From Phyllobates terribilis (taxonomy: Eukaryota): a stretch of DNA of 64,000 nucleotides. Every line of letters starts with the position of its first letter. The first letter of the stretch is position 1. Both the position numbers and the translations under genes were made by a program. Below are positions 23,961 through 35,429 of the stretch, one piece after another. The stretch is from NCBI RefSeq assembly GCF_046119375.1, contig NW_027362765.1:114452001-114516000 (forward strand), read 5' to 3'. Below the pieces are notes generated by a model that did no database searches, was not told where the DNA came from, and was given only the letters and a program-made list of their open reading frames with translations.

Positions 23961-24559
23961 TTTATGGCTACTGATTTTTTTTAAATAAATACTCACCGTT
24001 CCTTCGCTCTCCCACCGTGCTGCGTCCTCTTGTGAAGAAGCCAGCAGCTGATTTTGGCACGCGATGGGAGCGTGACGTCACTACCATGTGCACTCCGACG
24101 TCAGCTGTTGGCCTCTGATTGGTCGGCAGCGTGTATTGTGGCGTGCAGAATCGGTCGCCGTGGTGACCGCTGAGTGCACGGTCGTTACGCTAATGCTGAT
24201 CCGGACCCAACAGCAGTTACTCTTCACTAATATCACACCAAACTTTATAGTTATAGAAATGAAAACTCAACTCACAGCTCTCAAATAGTTGTATTAAAAA
24301 ACATTTATAAATAACAAAAAGGCTAAAGATATAAATATCTGTATACATACAAGTCTAGAACAAGGGACTTTACAGATCAATACGTGGTATTAGGCTAAGA
24401 GATGATGAAAGCAAAAAGCACCCTCGTCCCTGTACAGTCCTCTCCGTGTAGTCCCATGCAAGTGACATCAACCCCTTTCACGTGCAGCCCCCCCAAACCC
24501 CGCTGCGCAGCCCCCAGCATACAGCCTCAGGAAAGTAACATCACCAACTTGTCTGCACA

Positions 24560-24788
24560 AATCAGCAGCACAGCAGCCTCGTCGTCTCCAGCGCTCAGCG
24601 CTGCACTGAATGGAGGCCCCGCCCCTCCGGTGACATCACCCCGCGCAGGCGCAGCTCCACTATAGTCGCGTCCCCTGATGTTATCTGTTATCGGCTCTGG
24701 CTGGAGGCGGCTCCTGCCCTCTGGGCGGCAGTGATAAGGCCGGGCTGTGCGCGGCGCTGTGTATGGAGAGCTGCTGCCGCTGCCGGTG
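24560..24788 (+). promoter_or_regulatory. CpG-rich promoter and 5'UTR region of FAM210B
   Basis: CpG-dense, with a GC box ccccgcccc at 24617-24625 immediately upstream of coding exon 1. Confidence 0.6.
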
Positions 24789-24968
24789 ATGCTGTTGCTC
24801 CCGGGACTTCTCCTCCGCCGGGGCCCGGTGCTGCGGCCTTCACTCCGCGGCCTGTGTGTGGGGGCTGCCCGGCTGCGGTGTGTACGGGAAGTCGGAGCTC
24901 TGCGGCCTCCTGCTCTCTGCCACCTGCCGGAGCTCACAGCCATGTGTGTCAGGACGTACACGGCTCAG
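24789..24968 (+). CDS. FAM210B: FAM210B coding exon 1 (Arg/Leu-rich, mitochondrial-presequence-like)
   Basis: ATG at 24789, MLLLPGLLLRRGPVLRPSLRG...TYTAQ, donor CAG|GTGGGT, phase 0 compatible with exon 2. The start codon choice is an inference. Confidence 0.7.
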
Positions 24969-24989
24969 GTGGGTCGGGGACAGAGAGAG

Positions 24990-27900
24990 AGAGGGCCCCA
25001 ACAGGAGGAGACGGGGAGGGTTGTGCGAGGGAGGTGGGGGACCCCCGACAGGAGGAGACGGGGAGGGTTGTGCGAGGGAGGTGGGGGACCCCCGACAGGA
25101 GGAGACGGGGAGGGTTGTGCGAGGGAGGTGGGGGACCCCCGACAGGAGGAGACGGGGAGGGTTGTGCGAGGGAGGTGGGGGACCCCCGACAGGAGGAGAC
25201 GGGGAGGGTTGTGCGAGGGAGGTGGGGGACCCCCGACAGGAGGAGACGGGGAGGGAGGTGGGGGACCCCCGACAGGAGGAGACGGGGAGGGTTGTGCGAG
25301 GGAGGTGGGGGACCCCCGACAGGAGGAGACGGGGAGGGTTGTGCGAGGGAGGTGGGGGACCCCCGACAGGAGGAGACGGGGAGGGTTGTGCGAGGGAGGT
25401 GGGGGACCCCCGACAGGAGGAGACGGGGAGGATTGTGCGACGGAGGTGGGGGGCCCCCGACAGGAGGAGACGGGGAGGGTTGTGTGAGGGAGGGTTGTGC
25501 GAGGGAGGTGGGGGACCCCCGACAGGAGGAGACGGGGAGGGTTGTGCGAGGGAGGTGGGGGACCCCCGACAGGAGGAGACGGGGAGGGTTGTGCGAGGGA
25601 GGTGGGGGACCCCCGACAGGAGGAGACGGGGAGGGTCGTGCGAGGGAGGTGGGGGACCCCCGACAGGAGGAGACGGGGAGGGTCGTGCGAGGGAGGTGGG
25701 GGACCCCCGACAGGAGGAGACGGGGAGGGTCGTGCGAGGGAGGTGGGGGACCCCCGACAGGAGACGGGGAGGGTCGTGTGAGGGAGGTGGGGAGGGTTGT
25801 GTGGGGGACCCCCGACAGGAGGCGACGGGGAGGGTCGTGTGGGGGACCCCCGACAGGAGGCGACGGGGAGGGTCGTGTGGGGGACCCCCGACAGGAGGAG
25901 ACGGGGAGGGTCGTGTGAGGGAGGTGGGGGACCCCCGACAGGAGGAGACGGGGAGGGTCGTGTGAGGGAGGTGGGGGACCCCCGACAGGAGGAGACGGGG
26001 AGGGTCGTGTGAGGGAGGTGGGGGACCCCCGACAGCAGGAGACGGGGAGGGTCGTGTGAGGGAGGTGGGGGACCCCCGACAGGAGGAGACGGGGAGGGTC
26101 GTGCGAGGGAGGTGGGGGACCCCCGACAGGAGGAGACGGGGAGGGTCGTGCGAGGGAGGTGGGGGACCCCCGACAGGAGGAGACGGGGAGGGTTGTGTGA
26201 GGGAGGGTTGTGCGAGGGAGGTGGGGGACCCCCGACAGGAGGAGACGGGGAGGGTTGTGTGAGGGAGGGTTGTGCGAGGGAGGTGGGGGACCCCCGACAG
26301 GAGGAGACGGGGAGGGTTGTGCGAGGGAGGTGGGGGACCCCCGACAGGAGGAGACGGGGAGGGTTGTGCGAGGGAGGTGGGGGACCCCCGACAGGAGGAG
26401 ACGGGGAGGGTTGTGCGAGGGAGGTGGGGGACCCCCGACAGGAGGAGACGGGGAGGGTTGTGCGAGGGAGGTGGGGGACCCCCGACAGGAGGAGACGGGG
26501 AGGGTTGTGCGAGGGAGGTGGGGGACCCCCGACAGGAGGAGACGGGGAGGGTTGTGCGAGGGAGGTGGGGGACCCCCGACAGGAGGAGACGGGGAGGGTT
26601 GTGCGAGGGAGGTGGGGGACCCCCGACAGGAGGAGACGGGGAGGGTTGTGCGAGGGAGGTGGGGGACCCCCGACAGGAGGAGACGGGGAGGGTTGTGCGA
26701 GGGAGGTGGGGGACCCCCGACAGGAGGAGACGGGGAGGGTTGTGCGAGGGAGGTGGGGGGCCCCCGACAGGAGGAGACGGGGAGGGTTGTGTGAGGGAGG
26801 GTTGTGCGAGGGAGGTGGGGGACCCCCGACAGGAGGAGACGGGGAGGGTTGTGCGAGGGAGGTGGGGGGCCCCTGACAGGAGGAGACGGGGAGGGTTGTG
26901 TGAGGGAGGGTTGTGCGAGGGAGGTGGGGGACCCCCGACAGGAGGAGACGGGGAGGGTTGTGCGAGGGAGGTGGGGGACCCCCGACAGGAGGAGACGGGG
27001 AGGGTTGTGCGAGGGAGGTGGGGGACCCCCGACAGGAGGAGACGGGGAGGGTTGTGCGAGGGAGGTGGGGGACCCCCGACAGGAGGAGACGGGGAGGGTT
27101 GTGCGAGGGAGGTGGGGGACCCCCGACAGGAGGAGACGGGGAGGGTTGTGCGAGGGAGGTGGGGGACCCCCGACAGGAGGAGACGGGGAGGGTTGTGCGA
27201 GGGAGGTGGGGGACCCCCGACAGGAGGAGACGGGGAGGGTTGTGCGAGGGAGGTGGGGGACCCCCGACAGGAGGAGACGGGGAGGGTTGTGCGAGGGAGG
27301 TGGGGGACCCCCGACAGGAGGAGACGGGGAGGGTTGTGCGAGGGAGGTGGGGGACCCCCGACAGGAGGAGACGGGGAGGGTCGTGCGAGGGAGGTGGGGG
27401 ACCCCCGACAGGAGGAGACGGGGAGGGTCGTGCGAGGGAGGTGGGGGACCCCCGACAGGAGGAGACGGGGAGGGTCGTGCGAGGGAGGTGGGGGACCCCC
27501 GACAGGAGGAGACGGGGAGGGAGGTGGGGGACCCCCGACAGGAGGAGACGGGGAGGGTTGTGCGAGGGAGGTGGGGGACCCCCGACAGGAGGAGACGGGG
27601 AGGGTTGTGCGAGGGAGGTGGGGGACCCCCGACAGGAGGAGACGGGGAGGGTTGTGCGAGGGAGGTGGGGGACCCCCGACAGGAGGAGACGGGGAGGGTT
27701 GTGCGAGGGAGGTGGGGGGCCCCCGACAGGAGGAGACGGGGAGGGTTGTGTGAGGGAGGGTTGTGCGAGGGAGGTGGGGGACCCCCGACAGGAGGAGACG
27801 GGGAGGGTTGTGCGAGGGAGGTGGGGGGCCCCTGACAGGAGGAGACGGGGAGGGTTGTGTGAGGGAGGGTTGTGCGAGGGAGGTGGGGGACCCCCGACAG

Positions 27901-30900
27901 GAGGAGACGGGGAGGGTTGTGCGAGGGAGGTGGGGGACCCCCGACAGGAGGAGACGGGGAGGGTTGTGCGAGGGAGGTGGGGGACCCCCGACAGGAGGAG
28001 ACGGGGAGGGTTGTGCGAGGGAGGTGGGGGACCCCCGACAGGAGGAGACGGGGAGGGTCGTGCGAGGGAGGTGGGGGACCCCCGACAGGAGGAGACGGGG
28101 AGGGTCGTGCGAGGGAGGTGGGGGACCCCCGACAGGAGGAGACGGGGAGGGTCGTGCGAGGGAGGTGGGGGACCCCCGACAGGAGGAGACGGGGAGGGTC
28201 GTGTGAGGGAGGTGGGGAGGGTTGTGTGGGGGACCCCCGACAGGAGGCGACGGGGAGGGTCGTGTGGGGGACCCCCGACAGGAGGAGACGGGGAGGGTCG
28301 TGTGAGGGAGGTGGGGGACCCCCGACAGGAGGAGACGGGGAGGGTCGTGTGAGGGAGGTGGGGGACCCCCGACAGGAGGAGACGGGGAGGGTCGTGTGAG
28401 GGAGGTGGGGGACCCCCGACAGGAGGAGACGGGGAGGGTTGTGTGAGGGAGGTGGGGGACCCCCGACAGGAGGAGACGGGGAGGGTTGTGCGAGGGACCC
28501 CCGACAGGAGGAGACGGGGAGGGTTGTGCGGGGGTCCCCCGACAGGAGGAGACGGGGAGGGTTGTGTGAGGGAGGGGGGGACCCCCGACAGGAGGAGACT
28601 GGGAGGGTTGTGCGACGGACCCCCGACAGGAGGAGACGGGGAGGGTTGTGCGGGGGACCCCCGACAGGAGGAGACGGGGAGGGTTGTGTGAGGGAGGGGG
28701 GGACCCCCGACAGGAGGAGACGGGTAGGGTTGTGTGAGGGACCCCCGACAGGAGGAGACGGGGAGGGTTGTGCGGGGGACCCCCGACAGGAGGAGACGGG
28801 GAGGGTTGTGTGAGGGAGGGGGGGAGCCCCGACAGGAGGAGATGGGGAGGGTTGTGTGAGGGAGGGGGGGAGCCCCGACAGGAGGAGATGGGGAGGGTTG
28901 TGTGACGGAGGTGGGGGACCCCCGACAGGAGGAGACGGGGAGGGTTGTGCGAGGGAGGTGGGGGACCCCCGACAGGAGGAGACGGGGAGGGTTGTGCGAG
29001 GGAGGTGGGGGACCCCCGACAGGAGGAGACGGGGAGGGTTGTGCGAGGGAGGTGGGGGACCCCCGACAGGAGGAGACGGGGAGGGTTGTGCGAGGGAGGT
29101 GGGGGACCCCCGACAGGAGGAGACGGGGAGGGTTGTGCGAGGGAGGTGGGGGACCCCCGACAGGAGGAGACGGGGAGGGTTGTGCGAGGGAGGTGGGGGA
29201 CCCCCGACAGGAGGAGACGGGGAGGGTCGTGCGAGGGAGGTGGGGGACCCCCGACAGGAGGAGACGGGGAGGGTCGTGCGAGGGAGGTGGGGGACCCCCG
29301 ACAGGAGGAGGTGGGGAGGGTTGTGTGGGGGACCCCCGACAGGAGGCGACGGGGAGGGTCGTGTGGGGGACCCCCGACAGGAGGCGACGGGGAGGGTCGT
29401 GTGGGGGACCCCCGACAGGAGGCGACGGGGAGGGTTGTGTGAGGGAGGTGGGGGACCCCCGACAGGAGGAGACGGGGAGGGTCGTGTGAGGGAGGTGGGG
29501 GACCCCCGACAGGAGGAGACGGGGAGGGTCGTGTGAGGGAGGTGGGGGACCCCCGACAGGAGGAGACGGGGAGGGTTGTGCGAGGGACCCCCGACAGGAG
29601 GAGACGGGGAGGGTTGTGCGGGGGACCCCCAACAGGAGGAGACGGGGAGGGTTGTGTGAGGGAGGGGGGGACCCCCGACAGGAGGAGACGGGGAGGGTTG
29701 TGCGAGGGACCCCTGACAGGAGGAGACGGGGAGGGTTGTGCGGGGGACCCCCGACAGGAGGAGACCGGGAGGGTTGTGTGAGGGAGGGGGGGACCCCCGA
29801 CAGGAGGAGACGGGTAGGGTTGTGTGAGGGACCCCCGACAGGAGGAGACGGGGAGGGTTGTGCGGGGGACCCCCGACAGGAGGAGACGGGGAGGGTTGTG
29901 TGAGGGAGGGGGGGAGCCCCGACAGGAGGAGATGGGGAGGGTTGTGTGAGGGAGGGGGGGACCCCCGACAGGAGGAGACGGGGAGGGTTGTGCGAGGGAG
30001 GTGGGGGACCCCCGACAGGAGGAGACGGGGAGGGTTGTGCGAGGGAGGTGGGGGACCCCCGACAGGAGGAGACGGGGAGGGTCGTGCGAGGGAGGTGGGG
30101 GACCCCCGACAGGAGGAGACGGGGAGGGTCGTGCGAGGGAGGTGGGGGACCCCCGACAGGAGGAGACGGGGAGGGTCGTGTGAGGGAGGTGGGGAGGGTT
30201 GTGTGGGGGACCCCCGACAGGAGGCGACGGGGAGGGTCGTGTGGGGGACCCCCGACAGGAGGCGACGGGGAGGGTCGTGTGGGGGACCCCCGACAGGAGG
30301 AGACGGGGAGGGTCGTGTGAGGGAGGTGGGGGACCCCCGACAGGAGGAGACGGGGAGGGTCGTGTGAGGGAGGTGGGGGACCCCCGACAGGAGGAGACGG
30401 GGAGGGTCGTGTGAGGGAGGTGGGGGACCCCCGACAGGAGGAGACGGGGAGGGTTGTGCGAGGGACCCCCGACAGGAGGAGACGGGGAGGGTTGTGCGGG
30501 GGACCCCCAACAGGAGGAGACGGGGAGGGTTGTGTGAGGGAGGGGGGGACCCCCGACAGGAGGAGACGGGGAGGGTTGTGCGAGGGACCCCTGACAGGAG
30601 GAGACGGGGAGGGTTGTGCGGGGGACCCCCGACAGGAGGAGACCGGGAGGGTTGTGTGAGGGAGGGGGGGACCCCCGACAGGAGGAGACGGGTAGGGTTG
30701 TGTGAGGGACCCCCGACAGGAGGAGACGGGGAGGGTTGTGCGGGGGACCCCCGACAGGAGGAGACGGGGAGGGTTGTGTGAGGGAGGGGGGGAGCCCCGA
30801 CAGGAGGAGATGGGGAGGGTTGTGTGAGGGAGGGGGGGAGCCCCGACAGGAGGAGATGGGGAGGGTTGTGTGAGGGAGGGGGGGTACCCCCGACAGGAGG

Positions 30901-30915
30901 AGACGGGGGGGGGGG
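24990..30915 (+). repeat. 47-bp G-rich tandem array (about 125 copies) in FAM210B intron 1
   Basis: Unit gacccccgacaggaggagacggggagggttgtgcgagggaggtgggg, period 47 (e.g. 25041 to 25088), with variant sub-blocks. Confidence 0.97.
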
Positions 30916-31463
30916 GGGGGTGTGAGAGGCACGGACAGGAGGCTCCAGGGCTGTGTGGGCTTTTGAATGGTAGTCCCAGCGGCCCCCACTTTTTTGGGAG
31001 GCGAAGTGAACTAAAAACAGCAATTCTGCCATTTAGAATGTTTTTCACTTCGGCATTTACCTTAAGGGTTAAATATTCTGATATTTTATTAGTTGCTCCG
31101 TAGGCCCTGGCTGGCATCACCGTGGCACAGTCATGTTGCAGAAGGGTGGATGGGTCACCTTCCCCCATTTGCACATCTTAAATCCTGCTGTCCTGTTTGT
31201 CCGCAGCATCTTAGAGGGTAAACTGCTGCTCTCCGAGCTGCCATTATTCACAGCAGTTAGATTCCGGTGACAACTGTATAACACAGCTGGCAGCTGCTCT
31301 TTATAATGTGTACATGTATGCAGAGGTCACTGGTTGGACCCTGGCACTTTTCCAGGTTTGCCATGCACTAGCCCTTGTGCCATATCGCCTCCTCATAGAT
31401 GTTCTCTGTTCACATGTAATGTCAGAAGCAGGATGTGGCTCTGATCAATTATTTTGTGCACAG

Positions 31464-31627
31464 GGCACCAGTGAACCGACTAGCACGTCTGAGGATAACG
31501 ATGGGCAGAAGCTAAGCAAGACGCAGCAGCTGAAGCGAGTCTTCAAGGAGTACGGAGGGGTCGCGGTAGCGTTCCATGTTGGGATTTCACTGGTGTCACT
31601 GGGAATCTTCTATGCACTGGTCTCCAG
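31464..31627 (+). CDS. FAM210B: FAM210B coding exon 2 (DUF1279 region)
   Basis: cacag|GGCACC...GTCTCCAG|gtgagg, 164 nt. KTQQLKRVFKEYGGVAVAFHVGISLVSLGIFY matches recalled FAM210B sequence. Confidence 0.92.
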
Positions 31628-31719
31628 GTGAGGAGAACAATCTGCCATGCTTGTATGGACACGCCGGGCGTCTACGAGGTGCCAATGTGTAAAAATGAAA
31701 ATGAGTTCCTTAAAATGAT

Positions 31720-32755
31720 AGCTTTCTGGGTGACAACTAATATGGCCACTATTATAGCTCCTTGGTTGTCACCCAGCTTTCCAAGACTACTGAAGGGCAA
31801 GTTTGAGGTTCTAGGATAACTGGATAAGTCCTCTGGGAAGATCTGCACACTGTGTCTGTCCATATCTAGTCAGAAAATCTGGATGACTGACTCCTGTGTG
31901 AGCTGTAACAGCTGCCATGTTGGGCATCACCCAGCTTTTCCGAGCGAGAACGCTAGTAAGATGATTGGAGATTTGTTTCTATTCTTCAGACGGACACAGA
32001 TTGAAGTTATGCTCCATTGGCTGGTAGTGTGTATAAAAAAATCAACAACTTGGTATTTGGGAAAGCTGGATAACAGCATCTTAATTACAATAGCAGACAT
32101 ATCGTAACCCAGCTTTCCTAGCGCTGAATTATATAAAACATCATTATGCATTCCCCTTTCCTATGTCACTCCCTGATGTAGCGCTCCCATTCAGGACTTT
32201 GGAAACGTGGGATGACCCTTAATGATTGTCACCCAGCTTTACCAGAGTCCTGAAAAACCTGTCTGTCTATGCAATGATATTACAGCGTGCCATAACTAGA
32301 GTGGACGATTTCCTGTTCAGGAATTTAGGAAAGCTGAGTAACAGCCCTTCGTATAGAAAGAGAACTAGTCATCACCCAACTTTCCTAGAGATGAAAATGG
32401 CAAATGCCCAGTTATGAAGTGCTTTATCGCCTGTTCAGGAGTCTAGTAAAGTTGTGTGACCTCCCATGCGGGGGTTATGTCCATATCTCCCAGCTTTCCA
32501 ATGTATAACCAGGTGACGCGCCTGCTATTCGGAAAGCTGGGTAATACATCTGTGTGGAATAGCCGGCCACATTTGTTGCTTTCCTAGAGTCTGGAATTGT
32601 GCAATGAGAAATCTCACTCTGTATGACTGGGCTACTAAGGGCTTGATGAGAAATAGTGTCATCCAACTTTCCCAGAGTCCAGAATGACTTACTTGTAACT
32701 TCAGAAAAGCTGGCTGACAGCGGTATCTTCATACTAGTTGTCACCCATCTTTCCT
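31720..32755. repeat. Degenerate array of hairpin-containing units (about 140-bp period) filling FAM210B intron 2
   Basis: ggaaagctgggt and cacccagctttcc motifs alternate in orientation about 13 times. Confidence 0.65.
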
Positions 32756-32787
32756 TGTGCATTTACTGTGTGTTTCTTCCTCCTCAG

Positions 32788-32995
32788 CGGTCTGGATGTC
32801 CCGTCGCTGCTTCTTAAAGTGGGCTTCAGTGAAGCTGTGGTCCAGTCCAAGCTGGCGTCCGGCACCAGTACCTTCGTGCTGGCGTACGCCGTTCATAAAC
32901 TGTTTGCCCCAGTTCGGATCAGCATCACCGTCGTGTCCGTTCCCTTCCTCGTCAGGTACTTCAGAAGGACCGGCGTCTTCAAGCCTCCCTCATAA
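32788..32995 (+). CDS. FAM210B: FAM210B coding exon 3; total CDS 552 nt, 183 aa
   Basis: cctcag|CGGTCTG, SGLDVPSLLLKVGF...TSTFVLAYAVHKLFAPVRISIT...KPPS*. Phases sum to a multiple of 3 (180+164+208). Confidence 0.93.
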
Positions 32996-33499
32996 AATGC
33001 AGAGGGTCTACATCCTACCAGGTGACATGGTGGACCCCCTCCTTTGCGCCATCTCCAGGAGTCTGCACCCTTGTAAAATAATGTGCTTTATAATGTACCA
33101 GAGATTTATAATATATTAATTTTAATCAATTATTCTATGAGATAAACACTGGAACAACACTCTAGTCATTAACAGGTTTGAATATAAATTACTGATTGGA
33201 GACTTCATCCTGTACTACTCCAGTCACATCCAAATCTGCCCAAAAAATCCTCGGGAAGTGAGCTGGCAGTGATTTCCACAATGCAGCACAGAAGGTGTGT
33301 GCTATGCAGGCACTGATCCAGCAGGGAGTGGTAGAGTGGTAAAGTCCTGCAGTCCTCTGCTGTGAGGGTGGTGCGCCTCCTGCTTGTTCAGTGTCTGCTC
33401 TGCTGCGTTATGATGTGAGATACGTGCTTCAGCAGCCTTGTGAATACAGCTCTGTGAGCGGCTGGAGTAAAAGATTAGTAAAGCACTTACAATATCCCC

Positions 33500-33667
33500 A
33501 ATGGGGACCCTCCCACCCCAGCACTGGTGGTACTTAGCAGGAATGGGGACCCTCCCACCCCAGCACTGGTGGTACTTAGCAGGAATGGGGACCCTCCCAC
33601 CCCAGCACTGGTGGTACTTAGCAGGAATGGGGACCCTCCCACCCCAGCACTGGTGGTACTTAGCAGG
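33500..33667 (+). repeat. Four exact 42-bp tandem copies downstream of the FAM210B stop
   Basis: aatggggaccctcccaccccagcactggtggtacttagcagg at 33500, 33542, 33584 and 33626. Confidence 0.95.
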
Positions 33668-35429
33668 ATCGTCTGTTTCTACTGCAGTGATGCCTGGGTT
33701 TTCTCAGTGCCTTGTCTCAGAATTCGCTTCAAATATAAAAAAACAAATTTCCTTTATAAAATAAATTGTAAAATTATCAATTGTCTCCTGTTTTATGTTA
33801 AAACTTATTTTTATCTAGTTCATATCAAATACACCAGTCACATCCCAAGCTGCACTTACACTTCTGTATGCTGCCAGTGCATGTATACTGTACATGTAGG
33901 GCTGGAGTCTATGTGGGTGCATACCCTGCTCTGTGGATTTAGGGAAGATTGCTATGCAGCCCACAACGAGCACAGGGAAGCATATCAATGTATAGGCATA
34001 GCCCTAACAGCAAATGTGTTGCTGCAGCTCTGGATGTGACTGTAGGGTTTCATGTGATCCTGGATGGGGCACTGTCAGGGATAACACTGGAGCGGTCACG
34101 CAGATCCCACCACTGCCACCAGTTTGTCTGGGGATGCAATTCTTTCTCAATTCGTCATGACAATTATGCAATTGACTGAAAAGTAAACTACTAGGTTGGT
34201 TATTGGGGAACTCAGTGAGGTACTCCAGTCTCTTTGGGGGCGTGGGCTTGAATCCCATTGCTGCCACCATTTTTTCAAGGATAACAGTCATGGAAATTGT
34301 GCAGTTCTGCCACCAATATGTCAGAGAACACAACTCCGCTGCCTCCAATCAGGACAATTACACAGTTGAGTGACGAACGCAGTCGCGGCCAGTTATTGAG
34401 GAACTCAGTAAGTGTATGGTATATACTCCTTTGATTACAGCTCATAGAATATACATATGTACCCCCGTACGGTCACTGCCAGCTCCACAATAACAAAAGT
34501 ACCTAATAGCTGCCACCACGAATAATTTATACAGGCCGATTGGATACCCGTTACAGGAAACGAATGGCTTCAGGGGTGCAGTTTACAGAACGAGAGTAAC
34601 AGAGCGATTCAATTTTATATTTAATTTGGAAAGGTAGGCAGTGTTTAAAAAAAATATACAATATGGAAACAAAATAATATGGTATATACAACTATATAAA
34701 GTAAAAAGGAATAAGAGCAGTACTAAACTGATGTTGCAGGAATGGCTCTTATCTTTATGGAGGGAAGTTCTCTGATTAGGAAAATAAATCTCTCACAGTG
34801 AACTCAGTCTTCCAGAATGAACAATGAGAGACACCCAAACTCTGTTTTATTAGATCATATTTACACCCACATACCTCCCCTTGGTGATCTCATATAGGGG
34901 CTGGTTGTGGGATATTCTAGCTCTGTTAGCAGATTGAGATCTCCAATTTTCAGGATAGCTTCACCCCCTCGAGAGGTCTCAGGCGGTAGATACTGTAGTC
35001 ACGTTTATCACAATTTGACTTTAGAGATGAGACATGGCATTGATATCATCCATCGAACCAACATTAAGTTGGAGATATTCTGCCAGGCTTACGGTGATGT
35101 CAGTGAATGCGTTATATTTTCAGCTTCATAGTGAAGGGACAAACATATCTCCCATAAATATCGGATCAATGCAAACCCCAATATTAGGCCAAAGGCACCA
35201 GAAAGTCTGCGAACAGTGCTTTGAACAGCGGAAGCTCTTGCTTCAGAAGTATACTTCTCCACCTCTGAATATACAAATCCTAGCCTTGGTGTCTGGGTCT
35301 CCTGTTGTAATTATTTGGTCACTGCAGGAGGTCCCTACTTCAAGGGTGAATCATCAGCTCTCACTTCCCCCGTTATAATTAATCCCATATGTTCAATGTG
35401 AGGGTGATGGGCCCCCACCCCCCACCCCA

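Noticed and set aside
24060-24130. CRE (tgacgtca at 24073) plus CCAAT as a FAM210B enhancer
   Set aside because: It appears to sit in an interspersed-repeat context (tactcacc-flanked, similar to about 22623 and 23701), so a specific regulatory role is unsupported.
24840-31174. Three ~2,000-aa Pro/Ser-rich ORFs on the minus strand and many Gly/Arg-rich plus-strand ORFs
   Set aside because: They are translations of the 47-bp array. The unit lacks stops and 47 is not a multiple of 3, so all frames cycle through the same peptide. They also lie within or antisense to FAM210B intron 1.
34340-35400. Possible ERV-like solo LTR on the minus strand
   Set aside because: Only a candidate AATAAA and general composition; no TG...CA ends or TSD could be fixed.
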